This document shows positions 48,905 through 60,736 of a stretch of 64,000 nucleotides of DNA, piece after piece. Every line of letters starts with the position of its first letter. The stretch's first letter is position 1. Position numbers and translations under genes: made by a program. The stretch spans positions 1,488,001-1,552,000 of the forward strand of contig JBHGNT010000011.1 of assembly GCA_043228905.1 (NCBI GenBank), written 5' to 3'. The notes beneath the pieces were generated by a model that searched no databases, was not told the DNA's origin, and saw nothing but the letters and a program-made list of their open reading frames with translations. This DNA comes from Azolla caroliniana. Its lineage: Eukaryota > Plantae > Polypodiophyta.

Positions 48905-50119
48905 AGAAGCGAGGCGGCGTTCCACTCCATGTAGTGGCGAGAAAGGACGAGTAGGACGAGTTGTTAACAATGTACCACGAGAGTCCTTGGGCCGGACACC
49001 GCGGAACTTGGGCCACATTCGAGAAACTGTGAGAGAAATATTGGTGGTCGGGGCTGTACTGGGATGTGTACCAGTTCGTGACAACATGCGAAAGTTATCT
49101 AGCTGCACTCCACAGTCCGACATCGAGATGAGCTACACCCGACCTACCCCCCAACCGTCCATTTCAAGTGGATGGTAGACCTAGTAACTATGTCGATGGG
49201 GGTAGGGCAGATGTGGTACCTGCTGCTTCCGCGGGAGGATTTTACGAACTAGGTGGAAGGCCACGCACTATAGAACAAGAAGATTGCGGCAGTGTGCCGG
49301 TTTCTGATCGAAGAGGTAGTATGCCGATACGGGTGCGTAGGGAAGATCGTAGCAGACCGTGGGGAACTGGATGCACAAGAGGCCGAAGAGCTATTTGAAC
49401 AGTTAGGGGTTAAACTCTCGCTCACCACGGCGTACAATCCGAAGGAAAACGGGAAGGTGGAGCGCGGACATGGGCCAATCGTAAAGGCGTTGGTATGGGC
49501 CTGCAGAGGCCAGGTCGGGAATTGGCCGCAGCTCCTACTCTACGCATTGTGGGTGGACCAAACTACGCACAGCTCGGTAACCGGGTTCATGCCGGCAGAG
49601 TTGATGTACGGGCAGAAGCTGATCATGCCGATGGAGAGGACGATCTCCTCGTGGACGGTGATAGATTGAAAGAGCGAGATGAGCCGGGAAGAGTTGTTGG
49701 CGGCACGGATTCAATAGCTCGAGCGAAGGCCGGAGGACGTGGAGAGGGCAAAGGCGAAGCTACATGCAGCGAGGGAGAGGGAGAGGAACAAAGGCCGGTT
49801 CGACCGAACGCACCGGTTGCAGCCAAAGAAGATCGAGGAAGGCGACTGGGTGTTGGTATACTACAACAGCCTCGACAACCAACACAAGGCAACGCGCAAA
49901 TTCACGAGGAGGTGGTTCAGGCCCTACGTCGTAACGAGGGTGAATGACAACAGGACATATCATCTAGCGGAGCTCGACGGGACGCGATTAACAGTGCCAG
50001 TAGCCGGGAAGTGGATCAAGGCGTACAAGAAGTGGCATGAAGACGAGCCGGACCCGGGAAGCATGACCGACGACGACGACCAGTTCGGAGCAAACGAGGA
50101 TTCGGGAAGTGACGGATGA
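48905..50119 (+). pseudogene. pol: Integrase of G
   Basis: CRYGCVGKIVADRGELD, NGKVERGH; colinear with J. Confidence 0.93.
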
Positions 50120-50192
50120 TTATGGGCCGGTCTTCTCGACGATTGTTCGTGTTTGGCGCATACCGGTGGATGCGCGGTTTGGTGGGGGTGGA

Positions 50193-50820
50193 TGTCGTGA
50201 AGAAAACTGGCCCTAAGAGGAATCAAGGAATCAAAGGCGTGAACCCGCCCTTTTGCGAGCATGTGTGTGAATTGATTCATTGTAGGAATAGGATGGCTGA
50301 TGTAAAGATACTATGTAGGAAACATTTATTAGGAAATCGATGCGTATCTCTGTCCAAAAGGACAAAGAATTAAGTTGACATCTTTGATGTAACGGCACCC
50401 TCGGAGACTTATAAAGGAAAGGAGAGAAGAAGATGCGGGGGGTGCTTTTTGGGAGGGAAGGAGGAGGCGTTGTCGAACTAGGAACCGAGCTCTCTCTTCC
50501 TCTATCATCATTCTCTATAGGGTTGTAACCATTGTAATTACCTCTGCTATAGTAACATATTTTCTTGTTCCTGCCTATCTGTGTTATCCGTGTTGTCTAT
50601 GTCCAGAGAATCTCTTCTTTCAACTCTCCCGAGTGTGCTCCTTGATTGAGTCATTATACGCGTTGGTGGTTCAATCAACCGGCAAGTGTCGTCAGTTGCT
50701 AATAGGTCTAGCGGACATCACGCCGCTGCGCTTCTCACTTCCTCTTGTCTCTCTTGCTCCTCGATTCAAGGCCCCCGTGGTCCCGCCTTATTTCACACGC
50801 ACACGCGTAATAACACGACA
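50193..50820 (+). repeat. 3' LTR of G
   Basis: Direct repeat of 20107-20734. Confidence 0.96.
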
Positions 50821-50824
50821 GCGC

Positions 50825-52926
50825 GATAATCCTACGCTAGGTCCTCGCGTATTGCCGCAATGCTTTCCTCATTGAGCTTTTAGAACGCGCGGCCGTCTTT
50901 CCTTCGGTTCTCCCCGGTATGTATGCAACTCTGCCACTTGTGCGGCCCACGCCATCCAACCTTTATCAAGCGCCGCTTTTAATTGCGCCGTAAACCTCTC
51001 CCGATGTGTTTGAAGAAGTATGCGCATGTTGTCGGTTATTGCTTGGCAATGGTTGTGTGCTTCTTCTACGGTCTTCCTGAGGTTGTCAATTTCTTGTTTG
51101 TTAACCACTGCCACTTCCTCATAAGTGCTCCTCATTCCTACCCATAGCTGAGATTCCTTCGAATGTAATTCCTCCAGCTTGCCCATTTCATTGTTCAGAT
51201 GGATTTTGAGTTGATGCCTTCTCTCTTGTTCCCCTACAAGCTGCTCGTCGAACCGTGCTTTCTTCTTCTCCAATAAGGCCTGGAGTCTCGCAATTGCCGC
51301 TTCCGATTTTTTCACTTCCTCTCGTAATTGGGCATTTCCTTCTTTCGTCCAGGTGTGTTGTGTTGCCGCCGTTGCGAGTTTCTCTTCCAGGGTCTTCACT
51401 GCCTTTCGGCCATTGGCCCGGATGTCCTTTTCTCTATCTAAGGACTAGCGAAGTTCGGCGCAGAGACGGTCAATCTTAGATTCCGCCAGTTGCACGGCCC
51501 GTTTCGCCTTCGAGGCAATGGCAGTCTAGGCTTCCATTTCTTCCCTCAGGGCTTCGACGACGTTGGTTGTTGGTGGAGCTGCCTGCTGCGCCGTAGTCGT
51601 GTTACCTTCCAACTCTGCGATGCGTTCATTGGCCTTTTGTAGCTTGGATTGGGTCATTTTAACCGTTTTCCAGACATTTTAATTTTTAATCGCCATATCA
51701 TTGGCGCCCATACTAACCTTCGCCAGTTCCCTATGCACTTCGACAAGGGCCACGTTTAATGGGGGTAGTTCCATCCCCATTCGGTGTATACCGATGTTCC
51801 TCTATCTGCCGACTCTGGCTAACTGATCCTCATCGTCGCTTTCCACCGTTTGTGTTAGCGCGTGCTCGATCATTTGGCGCTCCACATGCTCCTCGGCCAT
51901 TCATTGTGAGACTTTTATTTGTTGTGTTGCCAAAAATTCCATGAGTTCAAAAGTGGTTCCGAACTGTAATAGTGCGCCGAACTCATGGGTCGTGTCCGAA
52001 ATGTCCGGATACGCCAAGACCTCGCTTTCCGCCGTCAATACGCCTTTCCCCCACTGTGACTAGGTCGTAATGATCGGTCGTGGTTCCCGGATTATTTCGA
52101 AGGTGGTGTTGGGCTCTGTAGCTACGGAACTATCGACCACGGTCGTCATCTCCGTGGCCGCGAGGGTGTCTTTAACTAACCCGCGCCCATCCTTCCTGTC
52201 CAGCCTCCGCCGTTTCGGCTGCGAGCTTCCTTGACGTGTCTCGGCTTCTGGCTCCCGTGCAGCTTCCTCGCTGTGCTCCGCCCGCTCTTCCTGTGTTGGC
52301 CGTGTGTCAGGCTAGGATTCATCCTCCCACTCTGTGGTGGCCAACTCCGCTAACCTTCGCTTCGCGGATCGTGGCAACGGCGTGGGTTTGCTGGCCTATG
52401 GTGCCGGCAGACCTCGGGGTGGGAACAGTATCGTCAGATATTGTTGTATTATAGGCCTTAGCTTTTTGCCTCTTTGATACGCGTGCAAGCCTTCCCGTAA
52501 CGTCGATCCCGTAATGACCCCCCAATCGACCGTGCGCCCTTCAAAGGTATCAATAATGATACATGCCTTCTACTTGGGCATCCCATATGCATTTATATGT
52601 ATGCATTCGACTTCCAACAGGAACTTGGCTATTTCACAGAAAAAGGGGTCGGGGATTTTCTTTGTTCTATATACCTTGGCGGACGCCGAATAAGGCCCGA
52701 AATATCTCTGCAAAGTTTTCGCAGGAGGGATTTCGAAATGCCTTTCACCCAGAGATGATAGGTCAAGCTTTTTCTAGATGGATGTGTTGGTGACCGTGTC
52801 GATGTTGAGCTTCCTAGCGATATCCATGGCGTTAGGGTGTGGAGGTGCCTCATCGACTCTGATGTACCCATCCAAGCATTTCTCCACGACCCATCGACGC
52901 AAGGCGGCAGAGATGGGTATCGGCAT
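50825..52926 (-). pseudogene. Accessory ORF of F downstream of integrase (continues below 20102 beyond G)
   Basis: Domain YFGPYSASAKVYRT...FEGRTVDWGVI, then coiled-coil ORF 50869-51399. Confidence 0.75.
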
Positions 52927-53290
52927 AGTCGGGTTAGGCCCGTGGCTACTGGGTGAGGATTGTTGGCTATGGCGAGCTTGAGCTCTGTGATAGGATGGAG
53001 AAGAGGGTGAGGAAGGGGTGCGATGAGAGCGATGAGAGCGATAAGAGTTAGAAGGTTGGTTTCTGTATTGTGCAAAAAACCTTCTATTTCATTCTTTTTG
53101 TGGCCTAGGGTTCATTGGTCGGTGAGCCATCGTGGTGCCGCGTGCTCTTGGCCTAGAAATCTGTGCATGCCTTAAGTCCTTTTAATAGCGTCGCTATCTT
53201 CTCTTCTTCTTTTTCTTTTCTCTTTTTTTTTTTTCTTAACGGTTACATACAATACTATTTTTACACTATAGTACAAGTGGGGCCGTCTAC

Positions 53291-56200
53291 TTACTCCGCG
53301 GATTCTCTGGCTTTGTCCTGTCCGACGGGGAACGGGTTAGGTGGCGTAGGTCCCAGATAAGGTTTCAGGCCAAAGCCATTCACTTTTTGATGTAACACTT
53401 CCCCAGCCAATGTGCCAAGTTGAAACGTGCCCTGTTCTACTCCCACTATCCTGTACGGGCCTGTCCAACGGAATCTTAATTTTCCTGGCATATGCCCCCT
53501 ACGTGTTTGGAAAACTAATACTGCTTTCCCAACCGTAAAGTCTTTTTCACGCGTATGCCGGTGTCGGTCCGCAAATGCTTTGCGTCGCCGCTGTTCCTGC
53601 TCTAATATGGCCATACTGCGTAACCTTCTTTCTCCTAGTTCTAGCAGTTGTTGTAGCCGTACTTGTTCGGATTTGCCCTCCGGTAGTTGGGCTCGTACTT
53701 GAATCCACAAACTGGGTACCTGGAATTCAACTGGCATCACGGCCTCCAGATCAAATGCTAGCTTGAAAGGCATTGATTGTATGCTAGTCTTATAGCTGGT
53801 ACGGTATGCCCGAGTGCGCTGTGCAATTTGGTATCCCAATCCGTTCTGTTCTCATTGACTATCTTTTTTAGGATAGTTTGTAGGGTTTTGTTCATGCATT
53901 CCGCCAAGCCATTTGCCTGAGGGTAATACGGCGCACTTTTTTTATGAACCACGGTGTAATGTTGGGTCAGTTCATTGATGACCGTATTGAGGAAGTGACT
54001 CCCTTGGTTACTAATGAGCTCGATAGGGCAGCCGAAACGACACCAGATGTGTTCGTAAAGGAATTTCGTCGTGACTACCGCGGTATTCTCGCGTAGTGGT
54101 TTCACTTCTACCCACTTGGTACAGTAATCTGTGGCCACCAAGATGTACTTATTGCCTGTTTGAGCGGCCTCCAGGATAAAAGGTCCCACAAAATCTAGCC
54201 CCCACTTTTGGAAAGGATCTAGTGGCAACACTGGTTGGTGTGGCATCCTCGCAACTTCCATAGGTTGGCCCAGTCGTTGACATTATCGCATTGTCTACAA
54301 TATTCATACGCATCCTTTTGCGTCGTCGGCCACCAAAGTCCCGTTTGCCAGATTTTCCGGGCCATAACATCGCCCGCGTAATGTCCTCCCGCTGTACCAC
54401 AATGGGCTTCATGTAGAACCGCGGCCTTCTCATCCTACCGTATTCCGTGCCTCCAAATGTCGTCACTGCCTTTGTGGTATAGTATGTCTTCTACTAAACA
54501 GAAATGTCGACTCCGTATGGCCAACCGTTTTTTCTGGTCCGTCTGTAATTGGGGTGGCGGTAACCCCGTGGTCAGGAAGTAGGTCATTTCCATTAGCCAC
54601 CGATCCGAAAAAGACTTTTCCGTTCGTTCTGTTAGAGTTGCTACCCGCAGAATGTCCACATCCGAAAAGTCGTCGTCATCATCCTTCTCCGTCGTTTCTC
54701 CATTATCTAGTCTGCTCAAGAAATCAACCACTACGTGTTGAATACCCAGGCGGTGCTAAATTTCAAAGTCGAATTCTTGAAGCAACAGCATCCATCTAGC
54801 CAATTTCCCCGTCAGCGCTTGTTTCCCTACCAAATATAGCAGTGCCGAATGATCCACGTGAAACGTGAATTTCCGCCCTAGTAGATAATGTCGGAACTTA
54901 TTGATGTTGTATATCATACCCAACGCCTCCCGTTCCATTGTGGAATAGTTAAGCTCAACCGTTGATAATTTCCGACTAGCGTAGTACACTGGCCGGTACC
55001 AATTCGGCTCCGTGAGCTGCATTAGCACACTACCTATTGCTATGTCTGAGGCATCTACGAACACGTGGAATGGCTTCGCCCAAACTGGTGGCTATACAAC
55101 GGGTGCCTGCATTAGCATTACCTTTAGCGCCTCATATGCCTTCTCTTTCGTTGCTGTCCATTTGAAAGGAGTCCGATAAATGGCGGCATGTAACGGCATG
55201 GCGAAGTCTGCCAAATAGCGTATCATCCGAATGTGCCATCGTAATTGTCCCAAAAACTAGCTGAGTGTTTTCGCGTTTGTCGGTGTTTTCACATGAGTAA
55301 TCGCAGAGATTTTATTCGGATCAACCGCTATCCCTTCCTTATTGACTATGTGGCCGAGGAGAGCCCTGCTGGTAACGTCGAAGGTGCGTTTGGCGGGATT
55401 CAGGCTTAAGCGTGCGGTTCGGCAACGCTCTAGGCAAAGTTGCAGATGCATAAAATGGTCGGTTGTCGTCACATATACCTCAAAATCGTCTAAAAAAACT
55501 TGCATGAAGGCCAGAATATATTCCCTAAAAATCTCTGTGATTGTCCGTTGAAATGTAACTGGCACCGTCTTTAGCCCGAACATCATGACTACTGCGACAT
55601 AAACTCCCCAGTCCATGACAAATGTCGTCTTCTCTTGGTCGTCGGGGTGCATGCGTACTTGATTGTACCCACTAAAGCCATCTAAAAAGTTGTACATGTC
55701 ATGCCTTGCGACGGCGTCCAGTACGCTATCAGTGAACGGTAAAGGGAATGCGTCAGTAATGGTTACGGCGTTCAATTTCCGGTACTCCACGCACACACGT
55801 ATTTTTCCATTTTTCTTTGGTACGACTACTATCGGGCTTAACCATGTAGCTTGGTTAACTGGTTGTATGAATCTGGCCTTGAGGAGTTTGTCAATTTCTT
55901 CTTTTACGCGGGCCGCGTAGTTTGGGTTCATACGGTATCGACACTGCTGGACCGGTTTCGCGTCGGCCGCTAAATTGATCTTATGTTGATAGAACTTCGG
56001 ATCTAACCCCTTCATGTCCTCATGGGACCAAGCGAACACATCTTTATACTTCCTGAGTATTGCTATCATCGCGTCTCTCTGATCTGGCAGTAATTCTTTT
56101 GCGATGGAGAGGAATCGGGGTTCTGACGCCGTACCCACATTTACTTCTTCCAAGGCTGAGGCAATGACTCGTCGTGATATTTCCATTTCCCTCTCGAACG

Positions 56201-57881
56201 TTCCTCGTGCTCTACTTAGTTCTAATATTGACTCTAGGTTTGGTTCATAAGCCTCATCGTGGAGCGTAGCGGGCGTGGCATACTCCGCCACGGTTTTGAT
56301 GACGTCAATTTCGAATAGCGGAATGATTCAAGGGTGCTCGTCTAGGTATACCTCTAATTTTGTATCCTCCACCCCAGCCAGCATATTTATATCCTCCGTG
56401 TATAATGGTGTTATGCCCTTGGGTTGTGCCGCCATTTCCTCTGTTGGTACGTGAATCTTGGTGCGTCCGCGTTGAAAGCTGATACACTTGTGTTGCAGCC
56501 TCTACTTGATATTCGCTAAAAAAAGCCACGGTCTGCCCAGCAGCATAGGATACGCTCCTGGGACGTCAAGGGCGAGGACTACCGCCAAGATGTCGAAGCG
56601 ATGTCCTCCCACGATAATGCCTATCTTGCGTATCAAACCCAATGGTCGTACTAAGCGGGCATCCGCCATGCGAAGCCAAAACGGGCAAGCTTCCCATTCT
56701 GAAATTCCCAATTGTTCGCATGTCTTCGCGCTAATTACATTAACGCCCGAGCCGTCATCGATTATGCATCTTGGGATTTCCTAACCGTGTAGTATCAACT
56801 TAATAGCCGGATTGTGGTGATACACCACTGTTGGTCCAGCGCTGATGTCCGTAAATTTTGCGGCGATGCTTACCCCAGGTCTGCCCGTTATCCGATCCTC
56901 CACGGCCTAGCGGAATCGTGGGACTAGTTGCAGTAGCTTTTCCATGGTTAACGTTATCTCGCAACCTACCAGTGCTTGCCATATGGGATCCGGAGATGTT
57001 CCCTCTTCCTCCAATAGCTCCACCATGGTTGTGGACTCCTTCCGCATGCGTTCCGTATTTGCCGCGTTTGCTTTTTCAACCCATGCTTGGGATGTCTGAC
57101 ATATCTCATCTTGCGCAACCCAATCAACATTTTTTGTTTGATGCCATGTCGTGACTTGTTGTACTTCTGTCGTAATCGTATTGACGGCGGGCCCCTTGCC
57201 CTTGTGTACTAGGCATTGTGTGGCATAATGTTCGAGCTGTTGGCAAACAAAACAATGGACGCTAGATTTGCCCTTCTATGCAACTGGTGGTGTGTGCCGA
57301 TCCCCAGGCGTGACTTGCTCCTCCCGGTCCTGGTTCGTTCGTCGGAGCGTACGCGGTGGTTGTTGTTGGTCCCGGCGCAGTTCCTGTTGCGGCACCCTCC
57401 GATGAAAGAAATGCAAAAAGGCTGACTACAGCTAGTCGAAGGTCGTAATTGCTAGCAGATCCATCTACGAATGCCAAAACACCGCTCTCCCATCCAAGGT
57501 TAATCCAAACTCCATCATTTTGGACTGGTGCTCTACTCCTTCGGAAAGGCTCTGCGCCATGTGGTTTGCATTCCAAACATTTAGGAACAATCGAATGTGG
57601 GTTGCGACGTCGGTTTCGCCGTTGAAGCCGGGATAAGAAAAGGCCATGTTGGATGCTACGGCGGGCAGGGAAAGACCACAGTGCTTATGTGGTGAGCGCG
57701 CTTCCTGCGTGTCGCCGAGGTATTTGGGTAGCGATTAATCGTCTTTATGGTCCCGACAAGTATCACTGAGGTCGTTGAGGCGGGGTTTCTACCGTGTGCG
57801 CTCCTCTACCTGGCGTGTGATGGACCGTGTGATTGGTCGGTCTTGTCGTGTTGGTTCTCTAGGTCGTCTGCGGCTAAACAT
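53291..57881 (-). pseudogene. gag-pol: Gag-PR-RT-RH-IN of F
   Basis: YPGFNGE, MLLGRPWL, FLDGFSGYNQ, VFLDD, VDASDIAIG, KWGLDFVGP, YYPQANGLAE, RWTGPY. Confidence 0.94.
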
Positions 57882-57917
57882 CCATTCGTCGTTGTTCGTC
57901 TGTGAGGAGACACAGAT

Positions 57918-57931
57918 CACCAAGCGTGCCA
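57918..57931 (-). promoter_or_regulatory. PBS of F (tRNA-Arg-like)
   Basis: TGGCACGCTTGGTG, 4 nt inside the 5' LTR. Confidence 0.85.
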
Positions 57932-57935
57932 AAAG

Positions 57936-58405
57936 TGTTACCGATTAGGAATATGGTCTACGGTTAGTCCTTCGACCTAGACCTCAAAGTGACTGTGTTG
58001 CAACGAATGGTATCATCGTAGCATAATACTTAGTGGGATACCTCCCGTATCCTAGTAGCGTATAAGGGAGACGGCTACAACCGAACTCCCTAGATAGTGG
58101 ACTAGCAACCACACTGTTACTCACGACTACGCTCTTACGATTACGTTACGCCACCAAGAATCACAGACACACAGTAGATTAACCACAGATACGCACAGGG
58201 ATCAGAGAAGATAGAACTCTATTAAGATGCGCCTTTTACATTCAAAATTACACGCTACCTCTATAAGAGGATTTCTGCCCTTTATATATACAGGGTCTTT
58301 TTAGCCGTTCACGCTTCCCGCGTGAACCGTTTGCATGCATTACAATTTTACTATATTCTATATTGCTGCGCTCCTGTCCGTCGGTTACTATTCCGGCGAA
58401 CAACA
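57936..58405 (-). repeat. 5' LTR of F
   Basis: Direct repeat of 19035-19504; TATATAAAGG on the minus strand. Confidence 0.96.
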
Positions 58406-58975
58406 CGGACGAAGAGGAATATTGATGAAAGCTTGAGGGAATGGTGGACTCGGTGGTCGTGGCAAGTGGCAAAATTACAGGTCCTTTGAGCAGACGCCGA
58501 AAACCTGAAGAAGGACGGCGACAACTTCTACAAAATGGACAAAGAAAGCATCGTCACCATCCGGAAAGAGTTGTCAGACGACTTCATGTCCTTAGCGGGA
58601 GCCCATCTTAGTACGGTCCGGCAATTGATCAAGAGACTGGATGACGATCAGCTCGGCACACAACTCCAATTTGAGTGATTCGAATGAGAGCGACAGCGGT
58701 GGGAGGCGGAACGAATGACCGTGGAAATTAATATTAGTGATGAGGAGCTGTCTGTGGACCCACAACTGCAGCTGGACCAGCCACCCAAGGCAGTCGAAGA
58801 AGAGCAGCAACGAGAATTCGGTTAGGAGCAGACAAGGAATGCCAGGACGGAGTTACCAGCTAGAGCCAATGTAGAAGGGAACGCGGCGCAGTAGGAACAG
58901 CAGAGCGAGGAACCGTTTGAACCCCTGGATTAGAGTATAGTGGACATACTCGATGAGAGTTGACGGAGCTACCCC

Positions 58976-59015
58976 GTGGGTTCGACGTACAATGTACTAT
59001 CCCACGGGCGTGCCA
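58976..59015 (+). other. tRNA-Arg-like 3'-half mimic in the PPT position of H
   Basis: GTGGG-TTCGA-CGTACAATGTACT-ATCCCAC-GGGCGTG-CCA, then TG and TGTTG. Confidence 0.8.
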
Positions 59016-59017
59016 TG

Positions 59018-59467
59018 TGTTGGCCGATGGCCAGAGTATGAAAAGTAGTCAGGGGGAGAGCCGGTTTCGTAATTATTAAAAATTAGTATTTAAGGATAAT
59101 AAGAACGGGCGGATCCGGAAAGGATGTACCAATTCGGATCCGGACCAGTTCGTAGCCGGTTGTCGGTTTGGCACCGTTTTGTAAATAGAACCGAATACCT
59201 ATAAAAGGATCCGAAGAACGATGTATAAGGGAGCAGAATTAATATAAAAGAGTTTTGTTACCATTGTGTATTCTTCAAAACCGTATTGTGCTTATTGTCT
59301 TTATCTTACGCGTGTGATCAACCATCTGTGATTGTCTATTCATAATCGATCCAGAAGTGCCAGTTACGATCTAAACGTAGTCGGACCCTTACCCCGTAAC
59401 CACCCCTTTGGTGAAGTGATTCGGAAGGACACCCTGTGTTAGCGGCGAGTCTAGCCCAGGAGTAACA
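59018..59467 (+). repeat. 3' LTR of H (about 450 bp)
   Basis: TGTTG..GTAACA termini like the F LTR, TATAAAAGG inside; partner LTR not in the window. Confidence 0.7.
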
Positions 59468-59597
59468 CTCAACCACCATCGGGAATGAGCTAAGATGACT
59501 ATGGGAAACAACAATACACAAAATTATTCCGCAATACAGAAGATTATACACAACAATAGACAAGATAATCAACATACATGATAGTTATTGCAATCTA

Positions 59598-60231
59598 GGA
59601 CCGAATAGTGGTGGCAACTAAGTGTAGAATAGTGGCAATGGAGGAATGAACTCCATCATATCAAACAGTGGCATATGATTCTTGGAACGCATAGGGGTGG
59701 CAACTAAGTGTAGAATGGCGGCAATGGAGGATGAGTGAACTCCGTCGGATTGAACAGTGGCAACAATCCACGACCGAATAGTAGTGGCAACTGAGTGTAG
59801 AATGGCGGCAATAGAGGAGTGAACTCAATAGGAGCAAACAGTTGCAAATGATGCTTGGACTGAATAATGGCAGCAATTGAGTGTAGAATGGTGGCAATGG
59901 AGGAGTGAACTCCGTCAGGTCGAACAGTGGTTGATGATGCTTGGAACGCACAGTGGCGGCAACTGAGTGTAGAATGGCGGCAATGGAGGAGGAGTGAACT
60001 CCGTCTGATCGAATAGTGGCAACAATCCACGACCGAATAGTAGCGGCAACTGAGTGTAGAATGACGGCAATAGTGGAGTGAACTCAATAGGAACGAATAG
60101 TGGCAGATGATGCTTGGAACGAACAATGGCGGCAACTAAGTTTAGAATGGCAGCAATAGAGGAGTGAACTCCGTCAGATCGAACTGTGGCAGATGATGCT
60201 TGGACCGCACAATGGCAACAACTGAGTGTAG
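59598..60231. repeat. Tandem array of 86-87-bp monomers organised as a 259-bp trimer
   Basis: CAACT(A/G)AGTGTAGA-like anchors at 59615, 59701, 59788, 59874, 59960, 60047, 60133, 60219. Confidence 0.9.
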
Positions 60232-60306
60232 ACATTCTAATGTTTTCATTCATGGTGCAAAAATGACTATTTATCACTGGTAGCTTTTTGCATAGCTAAT
60301 TAGTTA

Positions 60307-60736
60307 TGTCAAGGAAATAGCTAATTGTTTCCACTCGTATGCTTTCACCCTATTTTATACGCCCATTAAGGAGGAGTATCGAATACGGGTATATAATGGT
60401 CGTATTCACATTGTCCCTTGTACAAACTAGGTTTAGGACAATTCTATAAATATGTCAAAGGGAAGTTGCCCTAGCCCAGTTAGTATATAATGGGCTTTGT
60501 AACTAGCTCATAAGGTTGTTGCTATCATTAGAGAGTTGTTGCCTCCATTGTATTGTAACTCTGATATTCTTGGAATAAGATTGTTACATTGTGTGCCTCG
60601 ATCTCTCTCTCTCTCATTCTATTCTTTGATCTAGCTTCAACTTGTACACTAGGTGATCTTCACCTCAAGGTGTTGTTGATGTTTCCGCACTAACAACCTC
60701 AATTCCCAACAACAACAACCCAGCTTCAAGTTGACA
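60307..60736. repeat. Possible unpaired LTR
   Basis: 6-bp TIR TGTCAA..TTGACA, TATA motifs, CT tract, abuts truncated RT of M; flanks do not form a TSD. Confidence 0.4.

Larger units (their letters stand above)
20107..50820 (+). mobile_element. Ty3/gypsy element G (tRNA-Trp PBS, no chromodomain); hosts I and K
   Basis: 628-bp LTRs 20107-20734 / 50193-50820, 7-bp TIR TGTCGTG..CACGACA, 4-bp TSD GCGC, PBS TGGTGAACCCAACGTGA 20739-20755. Confidence 0.96.
19035..58405 (-). mobile_element. Non-chromoviral Ty3/gypsy element F (Athila/Tat-group-like) with a 3' accessory ORF; hosts G
   Basis: 470-bp LTR pair, TSD CGGAC (19030-19034 / 58406-58410), minus-strand gag-PR-RT-RH-IN. Confidence 0.96.
17084..59467 (+). 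mobile_element. Gypsy element H, 3' part (accessory ORF, tRNA-like motif, 3' LTR); hosts E and F
   Basis: Accessory ORF homologous to that of F, continuous across F's TSD; LTR-like 59018-59467 (TGTTG..GTAACA). Confidence 0.75.

Noticed and set aside
58940-59015. Genuine tRNA gene or tRNA-derived SINE
   Set aside because: No D-arm, anticodon arm or 5' acceptor strand; CCA is encoded; the T-loop is interrupted; no tail or TSD.
59598-60231. CRISPR array or Cys/His-rich protein gene
   Set aside because: The apparent spacers are homologous and recur every third unit; no cas genes; ORFs shift frame with the repeat.
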